Shown here piece after piece: positions 61,830-64,000 of a stretch of DNA of 64,000 nucleotides. The stretch comes from Takakia lepidozioides. Lineage: Eukaryota > Plantae > Bryophyta. Every line of letters starts with the position of its first letter. Position 1 is the stretch's first letter. The stretch spans positions 4,588,001 through 4,652,000 of the forward strand of contig CM060732.1 of assembly GCA_030704615.1 (NCBI GenBank), given 5' to 3'. Made by a program: the position numbers and the translations under genes. Below the pieces are notes generated by a model. It was not told the origin of the DNA. It saw nothing but the letters and a program-made list of their open reading frames with translations, and ran no database searches.

Positions 61830-63285
61830 GAGGAGGTGAAATTGAGCCCCGGAGCCAGACCAAAGAAGATTCAGCTCAAGGTAGTCCACAAGATTGCTCT
61901 TGGCAAAATTATGTCTCAAGATGGAAAGGACCGAGTGCCCTTGAATGAAGAGGAGATGCTTGACCTATTGGAGTCCGTCTCGCACGTTTGTAGTCCGAAT
62001 GTGCGGAATCACATCATATCTTGCAAGCAGGAGTTCGGCCGGGGGTCGGACATGCACTCAATCTTGGAGGTGAAACGAAGGATTGGATATGACTACATCC
62101 AAGGTAGCAGGGTTCCAGGGCAAGGCAGAGAATCTGATCGTTGTCACATTTTTAAAATGTCAACGTGTGGGCCTAGGAGTGGAGTTGACTTGGTCACTCG
62201 AATGACAACTGGAAACTTGTCAAATGCTTGGGTGATGTTTGACCACATCAAGCGAATTACAAACCATCAGTGGGTGACCATGGGTGCGCATGTTTATGAC
62301 TATCACTCCAAGATGTTCATGACGATTCCAATCTGCGAGATGAAAGGGGAGGACACACAGTCGGAGATACATCTGTGGGAGGGCATAAGCAGGTGGCAAG
62401 GGCGGGTTTGCCAAAGCCCAATTTCAGGGGAGTCATGGCAGACAATGCTCAGGCCAACTGGGCAGCAGTGCGTCGTGTGTATGGTGAGGACCCCCAATGG
62501 AGGGGAAAGAGAGATCCTGTGGATTCCATTGGATGCAGAGTCTATCTCACTACACTATCAAATTTGTTGCTAGCTCATTCCAAGCTGAACACCGTGTCCT
62601 TTGTACGGTGTGGAAGGATGCACCCACATTTGATGACGCGGAGGTTAAGTTTGCTATCATCGAGGCTTGGTGGAACACGTCAGGTGCAGTGGAGACAACC
62701 AATCTAGGAGCCTTGCACAGCTGGTTGGGGTGGTGGCATTTCCAGTATGGACAGTTCGGACAGTACATGCGGGAGGTATGATTCCAAACTTTTGCTGCAA
62801 TTGTCGTTCTATTACGGACCTTTCCATTTTTCCCTCACCATTGTTTCTGTCCTTGTAGGAGCGGTGCCTGGATTTTGACACGGACATGCCGAACACGAAT
62901 ATGGCAAAATCAGTTCACTCCTCCTGGCGAGCGTCTTATGCCGTACATCTGGTGGACGTAATGACGGCCACAACGGAGGACATCGACAGAGCAATCATGC
63001 AGCAAGCCAGGTACTACAAGTCCCTGAGCGGGAAACAATGGGGCTTTGGGCTGGATAGGGAGGAATTGTTGGTACGAACAGCTTCAAGGTCGAAGAATCC
63101 ACCGAAATGGGCGACAACATTGCGAGAGAAGATCAAAGGGACGCCTCTGCACCGCATAGGTGAACACCTAGAGGGGGACGTCTGTACTTGCCCTGTGAGG
63201 CGGAGGATTGAAGAGGAACCCGGGTGCGAAGAGGATTCCTGGAGATCCGACAAGAACATTCGGACAGCACCTCGAGGTCCCGTCA
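61830..63285 (+). pseudogene. MULE-like transposase DDE core (intron 62776-62858)
   Basis: WVMFDH (D1), GVMADNAQANW (D2), SCGFHW (CxxH) and NTNMAKSVHSSW (E mutated to K); two frameshifts. Confidence 0.78.
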
Positions 63286-63759
63286 CTAGAAGCATTCGTG
63301 TCTTTTCCGAATCGACTGGGTGTCCGCCAACCACTCCGGAAACCACTTGGCAGTAAGCGGGACTACTGGAGAGTTGAAACGGACAATGTGGGCCCACGGG
63401 GGCATTTCAGACGGCGGGCAGAAGTGGGGTCAACGACTCCGGAGTCGTAGCAAAAATCCAGGCTATTTAATTAATTACGTAAATACATAAAATTTGAAAA
63501 AACGGAACTTACAAGTGGTTCTAATTACTGCACATGCGACTAGAAATTAGGGTTCATAATTCGATTAATGGAATAAAGATATTTCTTCATTAAAGTGAAT
63601 ATGTAGTCGACTCAACGACTCCATGAACCACTGCGCATTGATTGCACCCGTGATTAGGGGCCACATTTGCTGACGTGTGTTTCACAAGAACAGGCAAACA
63701 AAATCTGGCCTTGGGGGCTTGCATATTTAAATATGTACTGCCTCCACTTGGAAGTGACA

Positions 63760-63885
63760 TGGAAGATCCATGGTGACATCGTGAAAGCTGGAATTGTAGG
63801 GTTTGTCATTCTGAACACCGCCCTGGTGGACATGTATGCCGAATGGGGGAGCATTGAAGATGCGAAGGTAGTGTTCGATTGTGGC
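63760..63885 (+). pseudogene. PPR fragment
   Basis: IHGDIVKAG..ILNTALVDMYAEWGSIEDAKVVFD. Confidence 0.75.
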
Positions 63886-64000
63886 TCAACGAGATGTGGT
63901 GTCGTGGAGTGCGATGATCCCATTAGCAGCAAGGCAAGGATGTATGCATGATTTGTGCAGAGGTAGTGATAGCTGAAGGAGTAGGATAGAGTGTGGGTCC

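Overview
Eukaryotic nuclear DNA, most likely from a non-seed land plant (inferred from GT-AG introns, PLS-type PPR fragments, a chromodomain-bearing Ty3/gypsy and an NTMC2T5-like gene). One intact host gene (SMP + C2 lipid-transfer protein, 21590-24990) sits in a field of nested, decayed transposons: two Ty3/gypsy elements (one chromovirus, one with a dUTPase-like domain), pieces of a third gypsy linked to a cytosine-5 methyltransferase, LINE, SINE and CACTA remnants, and shuffled PPR pseudogene pieces. The most striking content is a recurring Mutator-like (MULE) DNA-transposon family. Its transposase (GCM-like Zn domain, DDE core with CxxH, SWIM finger) is scattered in five fragments. It co-occurs with three copies of a multi-intron gene encoding a ParB/Srx-like domain plus a prokaryote-type beta-class DNA amino-methyltransferase fold, with orphan cargo ORFs, and with arrays of a 22-bp palindrome (GGAAATGCGG-NN-CCGCATTTCC) spaced at near-integral helical turns. 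One 11.2-kb stretch carrying all of these is bracketed by terminal inverted repeats. All copies here are pseudogenised. Domain calls come from motif recognition by eye, not from database searches.
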